NCBI GenBank assembly: GCA_044892525.1
Contig: CM097886.1
Coordinates: forward strand, 182,764,312 to 182,828,311
Source of the DNA: Schmidtea polychroa
Lineage: Eukaryota
DNA length: 64,000 bases
Direction of reading: 5' to 3'
The notes under the pieces were generated by a model. It searched no databases. It saw only the letters and a program-made list of their open reading frames with translations, and had not been told where the DNA came from. Within the stretch, counting starts at the first letter, position 1. Each line of letters opens with the position of its first letter. Shown here one piece after another: positions 1 to 11,392 of the stretch. The position numbers and the translations under genes were made by a program.

Positions 1-1560
1 GTCACTGGAGGTGAGTGACCTGATCAAGTGAACGATGCTTTGAATGTGGTATTCATCAATCGCCGAAACCAGACCCATCCCCCCCATTTTAATCGATGCG
101 TATAAGAAATTATTGTTTAGCTGCATTATCTTGTCCCCCATCGCCGTGCGGAAGATGTCCTTAAGTTTTTGATCGAAACCAAGGTATTGTGCGCCCCCCC
201 CCCCCCCTCTTAAGGCGTTTCGAGTCAAGGATCATATGTTTGATTTCGCAGTTGCGAAAGGTGAAGATGAGGCGGGAGTGTACGAAGACCTTATAGGACA
301 TCAGCTTCTGGGCCGGGTGCAGGAAGGATTGGAAGATAAGGTTCGTGTCTTTCAGAGCGTTATCGAGTCGGTCGTCGATGTTGTGCCGATTTTTGTGCGC
401 GAAGTCAACTCCCAGGTATCTGTAGAGGTTTGTGTCATCAATCACTGGTAGCGACTCGCCATAGAGAGCGACTGGAGTGGGAGAGTAAGGTGCGTTAAGC
501 GAGAAGTAGCCCGATTTGGATGGTTTAAAGCGAAGATTAACCTTTTGGGCAAGACAGACAGATTCAGAGAGAGCTGCGGAGATAGAGGAGAAGGAGTCTG
601 AGATAAGGACGATGTCATCGGCGTATGCCATGATGCTTATGTTGTGCCCGTGGAGAAAGAAGGGATGGTTGACCAGAATAGCTCTGATAATGAAGTCCAT
701 AGAGAGGCAGAAGAGGGTCATGGAGAGCGGGCATCCTTGTTTAACGCCCTTGACGATTGGTACCGATCGAGATAGTTCCCCCCCGCATTCAAAAATGGTG
801 CTGACATTGGAGTACATATCCCTGACGAGGTTGATGGTTTGTTGTTGGAGGCCCATGAGTGTCAGAGTGTGCCAGATAAGATCGTGGGGTAGGGAGCCAA
901 AGGCGTCAGTGATATCAAGCCAGATGATGTGAAGTTCGGTTCTGTTGCGGACAGCGTAGTCTTTGACAAGGTGGAGAGTCAGGTTATGTTCGGCGCAGCC
1001 GTCCGGGGCGCCGACGGCCTTTGGTTGGTGGAGATTAGGCCGCCCTCACGGATCCAGGATAATATACGGTGGTTTAAGACAGTAGAGAAGACACGGTACG
1101 CTGTGTTCATGATAGAAATTGGGCGCCAAGAGCTAGCTTCATGGCTCGTTTCATGCTTTCCCTGTTTGAGGATCAGTTTGGTTCTAAAAGACTTCCAGCT
1201 GGAGGGGCATACCGAGGTCGAGAGTATGTTGTTACAGATGGCAAGAAGGAGTTCCATATCTGAACAGATGTGCTTCCAGTCAGCGAGGGTGATTTTGTCA
1301 ATACCCGGCGCGGTGTTGTCCAGTGAGGCAATAGTGGATCGAAGGTCATCAATGTCAAAGTGGGCCGAGGAAGTGTTTTCCGGGAACGAGGGAAGTAGAA
1401 TATCTTTCAGATCTGACGTGGGTATAATTTCAGTGCCGAAGATACGAAAAAAGTTGGCCATAGTTGGTTTATGTGTGGGTACGTCTGCCCCCAGGAGTTT
1501 CATAAGCTCATCCTTGGGTCTCATGTGAAATCTGGCCCGTTTAACGCAGAGGAGCTCGTT
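1..1560 (-). pseudogene. Reverse transcriptase and thumb, broken by frameshifts near 1020 and in the C/G run near 190-208
   Basis: Shifting frame at ~1020 restores Q(K)AVGAPDGCAEHNLTL...WLDITDAFGSLPH into ORF 161-856. Shifting frame at the homopolymer restores AQYLGFDQKLKDIF...LYASIKMGGMGL down to base 1. Confidence 0.9.
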
Positions 1561-1832
1561 TACCGTCTTGATTTTTTTGTGTGTAGGATCAGCGGGTTTC
1601 ACACGCTTGTACCGGTCTGGGTTGATGTTGCCATTGATCCGTTCAATCTCCCTAAGTGCAGTTTGGGCATCAATTTGGTTATGTGAGAGTTGTTCAGTTA
1701 GGTTCAGAAGGAAGATATGATACTTTCGCAAGTTGTTACTGGGGAGCCTGTTGTTGACGAATGTGGATATAATCTCCTCCATATCCTTCAGCATTTGTGG
1801 TAGGTCTGGAGCGGTAATGGGAGCATGTAGGT

Positions 1833-2253
1833 TAAGGCATTTCAGTATGTGGCACACATATGGGGCAGATTCGAGTGGAGTCGAGCATCTAGGGTATTCG
1901 AGAGTTGTTAAAGAGAGAGTGACCTGGCAGACAAGACTTTGGAGGCTAAGAATAGTATCCAAGAGGCTGGAGGCAATATCCCGGTGAAGGGGAAGGCTAT
2001 CATCCCGCATTGGATCAATTACTACAGCAAGACGGCGGTGTTTATCGAGAAAGAAGAAAAACCAGCTGTCACTGCCGTTGGACATTGGTATGATGATTTC
2101 GTTCCAGTCCGCGAAGTCTTTGAAGGGGAATGAGGCAAAAAAGGTTTTATAGTTATGTTGGATAAGCGCATTGCCGACAAAGGGATCAACAAATATGGAC
2201 GATTTACGCATGGCATACTTGAAGATGTAGGCCTTTATGGCGTGCTGTGACCA
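1833..2253 (-). pseudogene. Ulp1/SENP (C48)-like protease domain, catalytic residues apparently degenerate
   Basis: WSQHAIKAYIF...IIIPMSNGSDSWFFFFLD...VVIDP...PRCSTPLESAPYVCH follows the W..D..I..Y / ILIP...HW.L..ID / PQQ.N..DCG.FVC pattern. It is preceded by an in-frame TGA at 2254-2256. Confidence 0.6.
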
Positions 2254-3067
2254 TCATGCTGATTCCTGTCCGATGTCGTTGCTGAAGAGGATAGTGTCAG
2301 GGAGCGGGAGTTCAATGATTTCGGCGGGCGAATAGCGAGCTTCTTCCTCCCCTGTAAACATGATTTGCCTTATGGCATCAAAGGACGGTGCGTGCATGTC
2401 GATCTGAGCAGAGGAGGAGTCTGCAGTGGTTGTTGGAGTAGTTGGGTGGAGTTGGGCGGCATGGGATTTTATGGTTTGGAAGGGGATCCATGAGCCACAA
2501 TAGCAATAAAAGTCATCATATAAGTCAAAGATCTGGTTCCTGTGAAATTCCTTCATGTGGGCATAGATGTCGGGGATGGCGGTGTCGATGGAGAAGAGGA
2601 ATGAGGCAAAAAAGGTTTTATAGTTATGTTGGATAAGCGCATTGCCGACAAAGGGATCAACAAATATGGACGATTTACGCATGGCATACTTGAAGATGTA
2701 GGCCTTTATGGCGTGCTGTGACCATCATGCTGATTCCTGTCCGATGTCGTTGCTGAAGAGGATAGTGTCAGGGAGCGGGAGTTCAATGATTTCGGCGGGC
2801 GAATAGCGAGCTTCTTCCTCCCCTGTAAACATGATTTGCCTTATGGCATCAAAGGACGGTGCGTGCATGTCGATCTGAGCAGAGGAGGAGTCTGCAGTGG
2901 TTGTTGGAGTAGTTGGGTGGAGTTGGGCGGCATGGGATTTTATGGTTTGGAAGGGGATCCATGAGCCACAATAGCAATAAAAGTCATCATATAAGTCAAA
3001 GATCTGGTTCCTGTGAAATTCCTTCATGTGGGCATAGATGTCGGGGATGGCGGTGTCGATGGAGAAG
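2127..3067. repeat. 471-bp tandem duplication, two apparently identical copies (2127-2596, 2598-3067)
   Basis: Direct sequence identity with period 471; duplicated ORF-track peptides at 2254/2725 and 2442/2913. Confidence 0.95.
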
Positions 3068-3879
3068 GTGGTCAGGCATTTGCTGCAGTTCTTATTGGCG
3101 CTATTGCAAGTGAGGCGAAGAGAGGGAGAGATCTTAAGTGTAACCTTATTGATTAGTTTTTTGTCTATCTGGACCTCGTGCTCACAGTGATCAACGTGGT
3201 TATACAGATCTCTGAATTTGACATGGTTCATGGAGAATCTGTCGTTTCCTTTTTTTGGCCTGCATTGGTAGCAGTCGACGTGGGAATCCTCAGTTATGTC
3301 GACATTATGGACTTCCCGGGCGTGAGCAAGGAATTTGGCTCTGTCGAATATACAGATGCTGCCACAATAAGCTGTGAGGAACGTAGATCGGCACTCGAGT
3401 TTACCGCGATAGTTCAGGCGAAAGAGAGTTGGGTCTGTCATGTCTTGGGCTTTCATGTTTCGCGGGGTACGTGTTTGGGGTATCCTTACCGGGGGTGGTG
3501 GAGTAAGGTATGCGGGTGTGTTAACAGGGATTTGATCAGTGATGACCGTAACCGTCTTTCCCGTTACTGCCATTTGGGAATCCACTGCAATGAGGTCATG
3601 GAACTCGTAGATAATTGAGGCTGTGATAATCTCAGAGTCTCGGGGAGCTGGTGGAGTGATGAGCTTTTCACAGGAAGTGGGATGGGCGTCAATGGCAATT
3701 GCGTCGGGGGGGCAAGTAGCGTCATCGGTTTCAGGGTCGGGAGTAAATTGGACGTCATCAATATCAATGTCATCGTTGGGAGCAGTAGGGAGCAGGGTGG
3801 GTAGGGTGCGTTCGTGGTATGGTTCGACTACAAAGGTGTGTTGGGGATTGTGGTCTGGAGGCAGGGTGTTGGGGGGCAA
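2725..3879 (-). pseudogene. Zinc-finger-bearing part of the non-LTR ORF (about 4 C2H2-like fingers after a Pro/Thr-rich linker)
   Basis: CRSTFLTAYC...HAREVH, CYQC...HVDHC, CSKC...HMKEFH, CYC...HAAQLH. Joined to ORF 3828-7010 by a frameshift near 3880. Confidence 0.7.
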
Positions 3880-6800
3880 ATAAGACGTGAAGGAGGGGTG
3901 TGCATATTAGCTGAGGGGGCATAGGGTTCAGGCGTTGTGAGTCTGGGCACGTTAGAGTTTGCGTTGTCAACAGCAGTGATGTCAATGTCAGAGCCAGAGT
4001 TAGAGGACGAGGGGCTGGGGTGAAATGGGGTAATGAGTTGAAGTTTGTCAGACGTGAGTTTGGTGAGATGGTGAGCAATATGAGATATGGCCTTTTCCAT
4101 CCTATCAATTCTGATGTTGATGTTGCGCATAGATTTAGATTGTAATCTGTAGCGTTGGGCGATTGTGGGCTTTCGATGTATTTTTGCGCGATTGTCGGGG
4201 GTCGCTGTAGACATAGGGCTGTCGGAGGAGGTTGATGCGATTTTGTCAGAGTCGGAGATGTTGAGCTGTGTGTCGGAGCCAGAGAAGAGGTGGTCGGAGT
4301 CATCATGACCGCGTTCGGGTTGGTGGAATGGGGGCGGGGTGTTGTTGGTGGTCCTCGCTGCGAATGGTGATGAAGAGGTAGTGGAGGGCTGTGCATCTGT
4401 GACGTGTGGGTTGACAGGGGTTTGGGAGGGGTTTGTCGGTGCGCATTCGGGCTGATGGAATTGTGGCAGTGTGTTATTGGAAGGAAGAATGTCTGAGATG
4501 GCGGGGGGGCTTAGTATAATATTGGCCTGTGGAAACATTAGGTCGATATCTATGGTATTGGAGAGGGGGAAGAGGGTAGACGTATCGGTGGGGTTGTCGG
4601 CCTGTGACAGTGAGATATTATTTAAAGTTGTTATAACGGTGTTGGTAGGAGGAGTATAGATATACGAGGGAGAATAGGTTTGAGGTATCGTGTCGTTACT
4701 AGTTGAAGGATGAGCTGTGCCGAGGGTGACAGGTTTTAGGGCGGAAAATGCAGAGTTGATGTCTCGAATGTGTTGGAATTGAGCTGGGTCACACTTGAAC
4801 TTTTGCCAATAGTGTTTATTGAGTTTACGCATTTCGCGACGGAAACGAAGATTGGAGATTGTTGGTGGCTGGGGATTATGGGCAGTGCCGTCCGATGGTA
4901 AGTGGGGTGATAAAGGGAGGGTACCCTTGCATGGATGAGGGCAAGGTAATGCAGTTTGAAAGTCTAGGTCAGCATCAGGAGCCTTGAAAGTGTCTTTGTA
5001 TGCGAATCGGCCGCAGGCCGATGAGCTGCGTCTGAATTTATATCCCTTGCCCTCCGAAGAAGTGCAAAAATTTTTTTCGCCATGTTTAAAGTCATTTTTT
5101 TTTAAAAGAGAACTATTTAAACAAATTGGTTTAAATAATCCTTTATTTAGATTACTAAATTCTTTTAAATTAAAGTTAATTTTATAGATAATATCCTGTA
5201 AATTAATATTAAAATTAAAATTGCCATTTTCTATATAATATAAATTATTAAGGTGCTTATTAATTTTATTAGTAATTTCATAAAAGCAATTATTAAATTT
5301 ATCTATGTTATTACAGTATTTTAAATTAAGAATTTCTCTTAAATTATGGTTGATTTTAAAAATAGTATTTTGAAATTTAATATTGAAATTATAATTATCA
5401 TTTTTTAGACAATATAAATTATTTAGGTGTAAATTAATTTTATAGGTAATTTCGTTAAAATAATTATTAAATTTGTCTATAGGAGTTGTATTATCGGATT
5501 GGGCATTTGCTTTTTTTTTAAGATCAGCAATAATAGATTTGTCGACATGGTAATTTGTATTATAAATATTATAAAAATTTTCATTATTAACATAATAATC
5601 AGGATCACTCTCGTCAGCCACATCATTACGAGAGCTACTATTTACATAGTAAGGTTTACTTTTTCTATGAATTGCATCATTTGCAATGTTCGGCTTTATT
5701 CTGCCTTTGGAAAAGTTTCGATAATCAGTAAATTGAACATTATCATTTATATCAATAGTAGCTTTATCTACATGGTGATTTATATTATTATTATTATATA
5801 AATTTTTTCTATTAACACAATTATCAGGATCACTTTCGTAATCTACATCATTACGAGAACTACTATTTACATAGTATGGTTTACATTTTTTATGAGTTGC
5901 ATCATTTGCATTGTGCGGCTTTATTCTGCCATTGGAAAAGTTTCGATAATCAGTAAATTGAACATTATCATTTATATCAATAGTAGCTTTATCTACATGG
6001 TGATTTATATTATTATTATTATATAAATTTTTTCTATTAACACAATTATCAGGATCACTTTCGTAATCTACATCATTACGAGAACTACTATTTACATAGT
6101 ATGGTTTACATTTTTTATGAGTTGCATCATTTGCATTGTGCGGCTTTATTCTGCCTTTGGAAAAGTTCCGATAATCAGCAGCTAGATTGTTATCTCTTAC
6201 AGCAAAGCCTTTGGTAGTATAATGATTTTTTTTGGCATTATTAGTTTTTAATGCAGGTCCCGATTTTACAATGTCTGCATACGAAGCCTTAGGCTGATTT
6301 GGCATGCATTCATTCGGCATTGATTCGTATTCAGTGTCAGAACTGGTTTTATCAGACTTTTTATTGAATATATTTTTGGTTTCATTAGAGTATTGATTAT
6401 CATTTGGTTTATTTCCATAAGTATTTAAATAACCTAATGAGTTACCTTTTATCTGGTCCTGGTTTTCTTGTGGCATTCCACTCGGTTGCCCATTGATCCT
6501 GTCGAGCTGTGACAGCAAGCGAGCCGCCATCTCGTTCCCCCTTTCATTCGGAGGGTTTGTCTGGAGTATTACGCTCTCTACGTATCTACAGGTCCTTGAT
6601 TTGGGCCATTTAATCAACCCACGAATTCTCGCCCAGCTCCTGCCGGCATGTGCATAGCTGTGATCCGATTCTGAATCAAAAAGCATGGCATATATACGTT
6701 CCAAATCGGAACGTATCAGCAATTTCTTACAATTGATTGCCGTGATGTTCAAAAGCATTTCGGATCGCCTGTCCATGTCGGGAGATCTTCTTGCCGACGC

Positions 6801-7010
6801 CCGGGTGAGGCTATCGATGTAATTCGCAGTAGATGAGGATGGGTGTCTAAGTTGGGATCTGATCCTATCCCAGCTGAGTCTAATATCAGCATCTGGCTTC
6901 CCTCTAGGCCCTAAACCAACAAATTCGATTAATTTATTAGTATCTTTCAGGCCTATTTCTGCCCAGTGCTGTTGAATGTTATTTAGATTGTAACCAATTT
7001 TTTTCGCCAT
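3828..7010 (-). CDS. N-terminal 1060-aa ORF of the non-LTR element; low complexity, internal repeats, function unknown
   Basis: Open ATG-started ORF whose end overlaps the zinc-finger ORF; contains 3x75-aa and 2x~57-aa repeats. Confidence 0.65.
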   Translation of the reverse strand: MAKKIGYNLNNIQQHWAEIGLKDTNKLIEFVGLGPRGKPDADIRLSWDRIRSQLRHPSSSTANYIDSLTRASARRSPDMDRRSEMLLNITAINCKKLLIRSDLERIYAMLFDSESDHSYAHAGRSWARIRGLIKWPKSRTCRYVESVILQTNPPNERGNEMAARLLSQLDRINGQPSGMPQENQDQIKGNSLGYLNTYGNKPNDNQYSNETKNIFNKKSDKTSSDTEYESMPNECMPNQPKASYADIVKSGPALKTNNAKKNHYTTKGFAVRDNNLAADYRNFSKGRIKPHNANDATHKKCKPYYVNSSSRNDVDYESDPDNCVNRKNLYNNNNINHHVDKATIDINDNVQFTDYRNFSNGRIKPHNANDATHKKCKPYYVNSSSRNDVDYESDPDNCVNRKNLYNNNNINHHVDKATIDINDNVQFTDYRNFSKGRIKPNIANDAIHRKSKPYYVNSSSRNDVADESDPDYYVNNENFYNIYNTNYHVDKSIIADLKKKANAQSDNTTPIDKFNNYFNEITYKINLHLNNLYCLKNDNYNFNIKFQNTIFKINHNLREILNLKYCNNIDKFNNCFYEITNKINKHLNNLYYIENGNFNFNINLQDIIYKINFNLKEFSNLNKGLFKPICLNSSLLKKNDFKHGEKNFCTSSEGKGYKFRRSSSACGRFAYKDTFKAPDADLDFQTALPCPHPCKGTLPLSPHLPSDGTAHNPQPPTISNLRFRREMRKLNKHYWQKFKCDPAQFQHIRDINSAFSALKPVTLGTAHPSTSNDTIPQTYSPSYIYTPPTNTVITTLNNISLSQADNPTDTSTLFPLSNTIDIDLMFPQANIILSPPAISDILPSNNTLPQFHQPECAPTNPSQTPVNPHVTDAQPSTTSSSPFAARTTNNTPPPFHQPERGHDDSDHLFSGSDTQLNISDSDKIASTSSDSPMSTATPDNRAKIHRKPTIAQRYRLQSKSMRNINIRIDRMEKAISHIAHHLTKLTSDKLQLITPFHPSPSSSNSGSDIDITAVDNANSNVPRLTTPEPYAPSANMHTPPSRLICPPTPCLQTTIPNTPL
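5500..6177. repeat. 225-bp tandem repeat x3 (75-aa coding repeat)
   Basis: GGAAAAGTT(T/C)CGATAATCAG recurs at ~5710, ~5935 and ~6160; peptide DYRNFSKGRIKPHNAND... repeats three times. Confidence 0.95.
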
Positions 7011-7454
7011 GTTGTGATCTTAGAGCATAAATTATAGGTGCTTCATAAAATGGTCACTGCCTTTTTGTTGTTGATTACATGATTGCAAGTAAAATTGCAA
7101 AAAACACCCTGATCTACTTTATATCCTTGAATTTTAATTATTTGATATCAGTTTTCCTCTTCCTTAAAGCTTATTTCTACAAAGCATCATAATATATTTC
7201 ATATTGATTATTGAAAGATATTGATAATCTATTAACCCTGCAAGAGATATTAAATTTACTGCAGGCGGAGCCTAAATATCTACCTGTGAAATGACAGTGA
7301 TCTCTAACAGGATTAATTATATCTTTTTTACACAAATAACAAGTAGTACTAGCTCGGAAGATAAAGTAGACATATATTTACGGCCTTCGAGCTCATAATA
7401 TAGCAGGACAATTGTCCTCCACCTTCCTCAAAAATTCAAATATGCAATCAGGAC

Positions 7455-8230
7455 CAGGGATTCGGAGCGGTGGTTAAAAACGCTCCGCTCCAGACACCGC
7501 TCCATTAGTAAGCGCTCCTACTCCGCTCCGCTCCTTTAAACAAAAACCGCTCTATTAAAATAAAGCGCTCTGGATTTAATAAAAAATTTTAAATTTAATT
7601 TTTTAGTATTTATTTAACAAAAAAAAAACTACAATTTTATTTTTTTCAGTTTTTACCGCATATTTTTCAATTATAAGTACATAAACTTCACAGCCTTACT
7701 AATAATATATAAATAATAAAATTTAAATTTACCTTTATTTAAGCTTCTTAATTTAAATTTATTTAAATTTTGGGTTTGACATTGCACATTATATATAAAT
7801 TCATGTAAATATAAATCAATAAGTTTTATGTGTTTTATATTACTCGTATATCTTTCCTATAAAGAAAAGTGAAGAATAATGAAACTAAATATCAAGAGGA
7901 TAATGATAAACTTACTTACCTAAGAATATTATTATTTAAAAAGACATAGTAAATAATTGAAAATTCTAAAAACAAAATATAAATCAAAATATTCAAATTT
8001 TCAAATTATAATCAGCTGTTATTTGACACATCAACACAAACTTAGATCCCAACATGCAAACTTTTCATTTTCCTGGCAAGCAAAATTTTAATCCCTAAGT
8101 AACAAAACTTACACTTATTTTTCGAAACTGACACTACATTCGTTTTCGAATAGGAATTTAAAAAAATATGAAGCGGAGCGCTTCCGCTCCGCTTCACTCC
8201 TTCTAAATTTTTTAGTCACTGCTCCATTCC
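7455..8230. mobile_element. Probable non-autonomous DNA transposon remnant with CCGCT(C) subterminal repeats
   Basis: Starts CAGGGATTCGGAGCGG; clusters of CCGCTCC/GGAGCGG at 7470-7570 and 8170-8230. No matching right TIR found. Confidence 0.4.
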
Positions 8231-8830
8231 TTCTAAAAATAACATTAATAATAAAATTATATAAACAGTACAAGCTTTGTGATACCCAATGCAAATCCCA
8301 ATAGTAGACTTGTTTCGAGATTTTGGCTTTCATCACAACTATGCTGAAGACGCGAAGATTTCTCTTCGTGCCAGGTAAGTATAGAATATTACTGATTCAA
8401 CTCTATTGCATACTTTTCCCTGAAATCACATCACTTGCAAATTAGCTAATTCACAGAACAAATCTGTAAACTTGTAAACATAGCGTATGAAAAATCATAA
8501 TCACCTCTGGAGACCAAAAAATTAGTATACAGAGAGACTGTTAACAAGTGCATTCGATTACCTTTAGCATTTTTAACTTATTAAATGATGGTGTAAAAAA
8601 CGAAATAACAAAAGAAAATGATCAGGGTGATTAATGGATTGTCGTTATCATCTTTTTATTGTAGATCAAGAATTGAGGTTAGGGATGGCAATCCGGATAA
8701 TATTCGGTTTGAACTATCCGGATATTTTCTGAATTACGGATAATTCGAAATCCGGATATTTTGAATCAATTATCCGGATATTTGATTTTCGAAAAAGTAA
8801 ATTTTTATCGTTTCAAAAATTTGAATTTTA

Positions 8831-9312
8831 CAGGGTTTTTCATCGTATTTTGACAATGTGTCAACCAATTTTGACATTGTGTCACCGTCTTTTGACAAGT
8901 GAAAAAACTATTATACATATTTGTAGATGAATTATTTATATAAAATATTTTATTTCTTATAGTTAAAAAAGTCATTTACAACAATTAAATCAAAAAAAAC
9001 ATTATATTGGTATTTTCACAATTTTTAATTAAAAAAACAAATATAGTCGAAATTTGGAATAAATTGTTTTTAATAATGGCATATATACTGGTTCTCCTGA
9101 AGCCAAGGATCTTGGAAATTTCAGACGCGTTATGTCCATTTAAATACGCATCCAAAATCCTTTTCCGATCATTCTTATTGATATGTTGATTGACCATTAA
9201 GGGTGTATTAAAAAATTTTTCATTTGTCAAAATACGGTGACACAATGTCAAAATACGGTGACACAATGTCAAAATTGGTTGACACAATGTCAAAATACGG
9301 TGAAAAACCCTG
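8831..9312 (-). mobile_element. Tc1/mariner-IS630-type deletion derivative (MITE) nested in the hAT
   Basis: TIR CAGGGTTTTTCA...TGAAAAACCCTG flanked by TA; 21-bp subterminal repeats TGACACAATGTCAAAATACGG; HTH fragment DRKRILDAYLNGHNASEISKILGFRRTSIYAIIK. Confidence 0.85.
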
Positions 9313-9529
9313 TATAATCAGAGTTGGCTGTGCACTAACATTACATTTAGAGATTTTTGTTTTACTCGTATTTAAATCAAATCAGAGTTAGTTGTGCAGT
9401 GCACTTTGTTTTGGTGGTATTTCCGTGCTGAAAAACGAATTTAAATCAAATTAAAGGTATGTATGAATATATTTAAAATTTTAAAAATTTATATATTAGT
9501 TTGCATTTTGTAGGGTTATCGTTATAATA

Positions 9530-11392
9530 ATGTCTTCAAAAAAATCGGAGGTTTGGATTCACTTTGAAAAACATAGTTCTGAGGAGGCGACATGTAGAAA
9601 ATGTGGTAATAATATCAAATGTAAAGGATCTTCTACAACTCCACTCATAAATCATTTGAAAAGACATGAAATTTAAATCTACAAAAGAACGTCGAATCAA
9701 GAAGAAACTACAAGTGTCAAATCTTCAAAAATTGTAAATTCACAACAAATTTTAAAGTTTGTTAAGAGAGAAAGCTTAGGTGAGTTATTAGCAAAATGTG
9801 CTGCAAAAGATGGATTTTCAATCCACGCAATAACTAATTCATCAGCAATTAGAGAATTTATACATAAAAGAGGATTCGAAATGCCACGTAGTCGAAACAC
9901 AGTTAAAAAACTTTTAGTCAGTTTTACGAACAGAAACGAGAAGAACTTAAAAACAATCTAAATACAAAAAAAAACAATGAACAAAAATTCAGTATTACAG
10001 TCGATGAATGGACGGACATAAATATGAAGCGTTATATGAATGTTACACTACATAGCAAGAGTATCTGTTATAAATTAGGATTGGCAAAAATCGATGGATC
10101 TTGTGACGCTGAAAAAACTAAAAAAATAGTGAAAGGTAAACTTTTAGAATTCGGTATTCAGTTTTCAGATATTGTTGCCTCCACGCATGATGGTGCTGCT
10201 CTTATGCAGAAGTATGGACGAAATATTTCTGCAATCAGTCAATTGTGCTACAATCACGCCATTCATTTGGCCGTGATTGGTGTTTTTATAAAAAAACAGG
10301 AACGGTTACGACATCTGATGATGAAAATAATAGCGAATTTGATGAGCATTCTGAAAACGATTCTGATTATGATTATGAAAATAGTGATATTGAACACGAA
10401 AATATGAATTTAGGATTTGATAATACTGGTGTTAATAATATACTTATGAGACCTGACATTAATGTTGTTATATCTGAATCACGGAGGCTTATAAAATTTT
10501 TTAAATTTTCTGCTGTTCGAAAAAATGTTCTTCAAAAATATGTTATGGAAAAGAATTACATTTACTGTTGGATTGCAAAACCAGGTGGAACTCATTGGTC
10601 CCTATGATTGAGCGACTCCTAAAGTTAAAAAAATGTATTAAACAATCATTGATTGACTTATTAGGAACGGAAAAAGAATATTACAATGAACAAAATTTCG
10701 TAATCCTAGAAAATATGTTAAATATCTTAAAACCACTTGAATTAGGTGTAAAAGAGTTGAGCAACCAACAAGCAACACTTTTATCTAGCGAAGGTGTTTT
10801 TAAATTTATGTTTAAAAAATTACACGATATTGATTCAGATTTGAGCAATGAAATGTTGACGTCATTAAAAACAGAAATTTTAAAACGAAGAAATAAAGAA
10901 GTAGTATCTTTGATGAAATTTCTACAAAATTCATCAATCTCCCGAGATGATAATTTTGATGATATTACATATGCTTCGAAACCAGCAATCTATGCCTATG
11001 CAAAAGATACAATGAGTCGATTGTATGCAATTCCAGAAGATGAAAATCATGTGTCTTCGTCCGGAACTGAGGATGAAATTTGCGAACCGATTACATTGGT
11101 TATGGAATTGAAAAAATCTATAGCTTCCATGAGCAGTGAAAATCCAACAAAATTTCAAAAAAATAATTTTGACTCTTTATAAAAAGAATTTAAACTTCTT
11201 GAAGGCAATGGAAAACTAACTCACAACTTAGAAAAACTTTTGAATGCTCTTAATACGATTCAACCAAACTCCACTAGCAGTGAGAGAGTTTTCTCGGTGG
11301 CTGGTACATTTTCAACAAAATTAAGAAGTAGACTTCAGTTTCCATTGTTGAACGCTTTGGTATTCTTGAAATATTATTTCAATAATGAATAA
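9530..11392 (+). pseudogene. hAT transposase, frameshifted
   Basis: BED finger (VWIHF...CRKC...NHLKRH at 9530-9675), SITVDEWT, THDGA, CYNHAIHL, CKTRWNS, and C-terminal dimerisation motif STSSERVFSVAG, spread over several frames. Confidence 0.92.

Larger units (their letters stand above)
1..7010 (-). mobile_element. Non-LTR retrotransposon of the R2/NeSL (restriction-like endonuclease) group, decayed; 3' part runs off the window start
   Basis: Collinear minus-strand ORF pieces 3828-7010, 2725-3879, 979-2211, 161-856 and 1-~180. RT motifs WLDITDAFGSLPH, KGVKQGCPLS, AYADD, YRYLG and thumb motif LYASIKMGGMGL. C2H2-like fingers and a Ulp1-like domain lie upstream of RT, as in NeSL. Confidence 0.85.
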
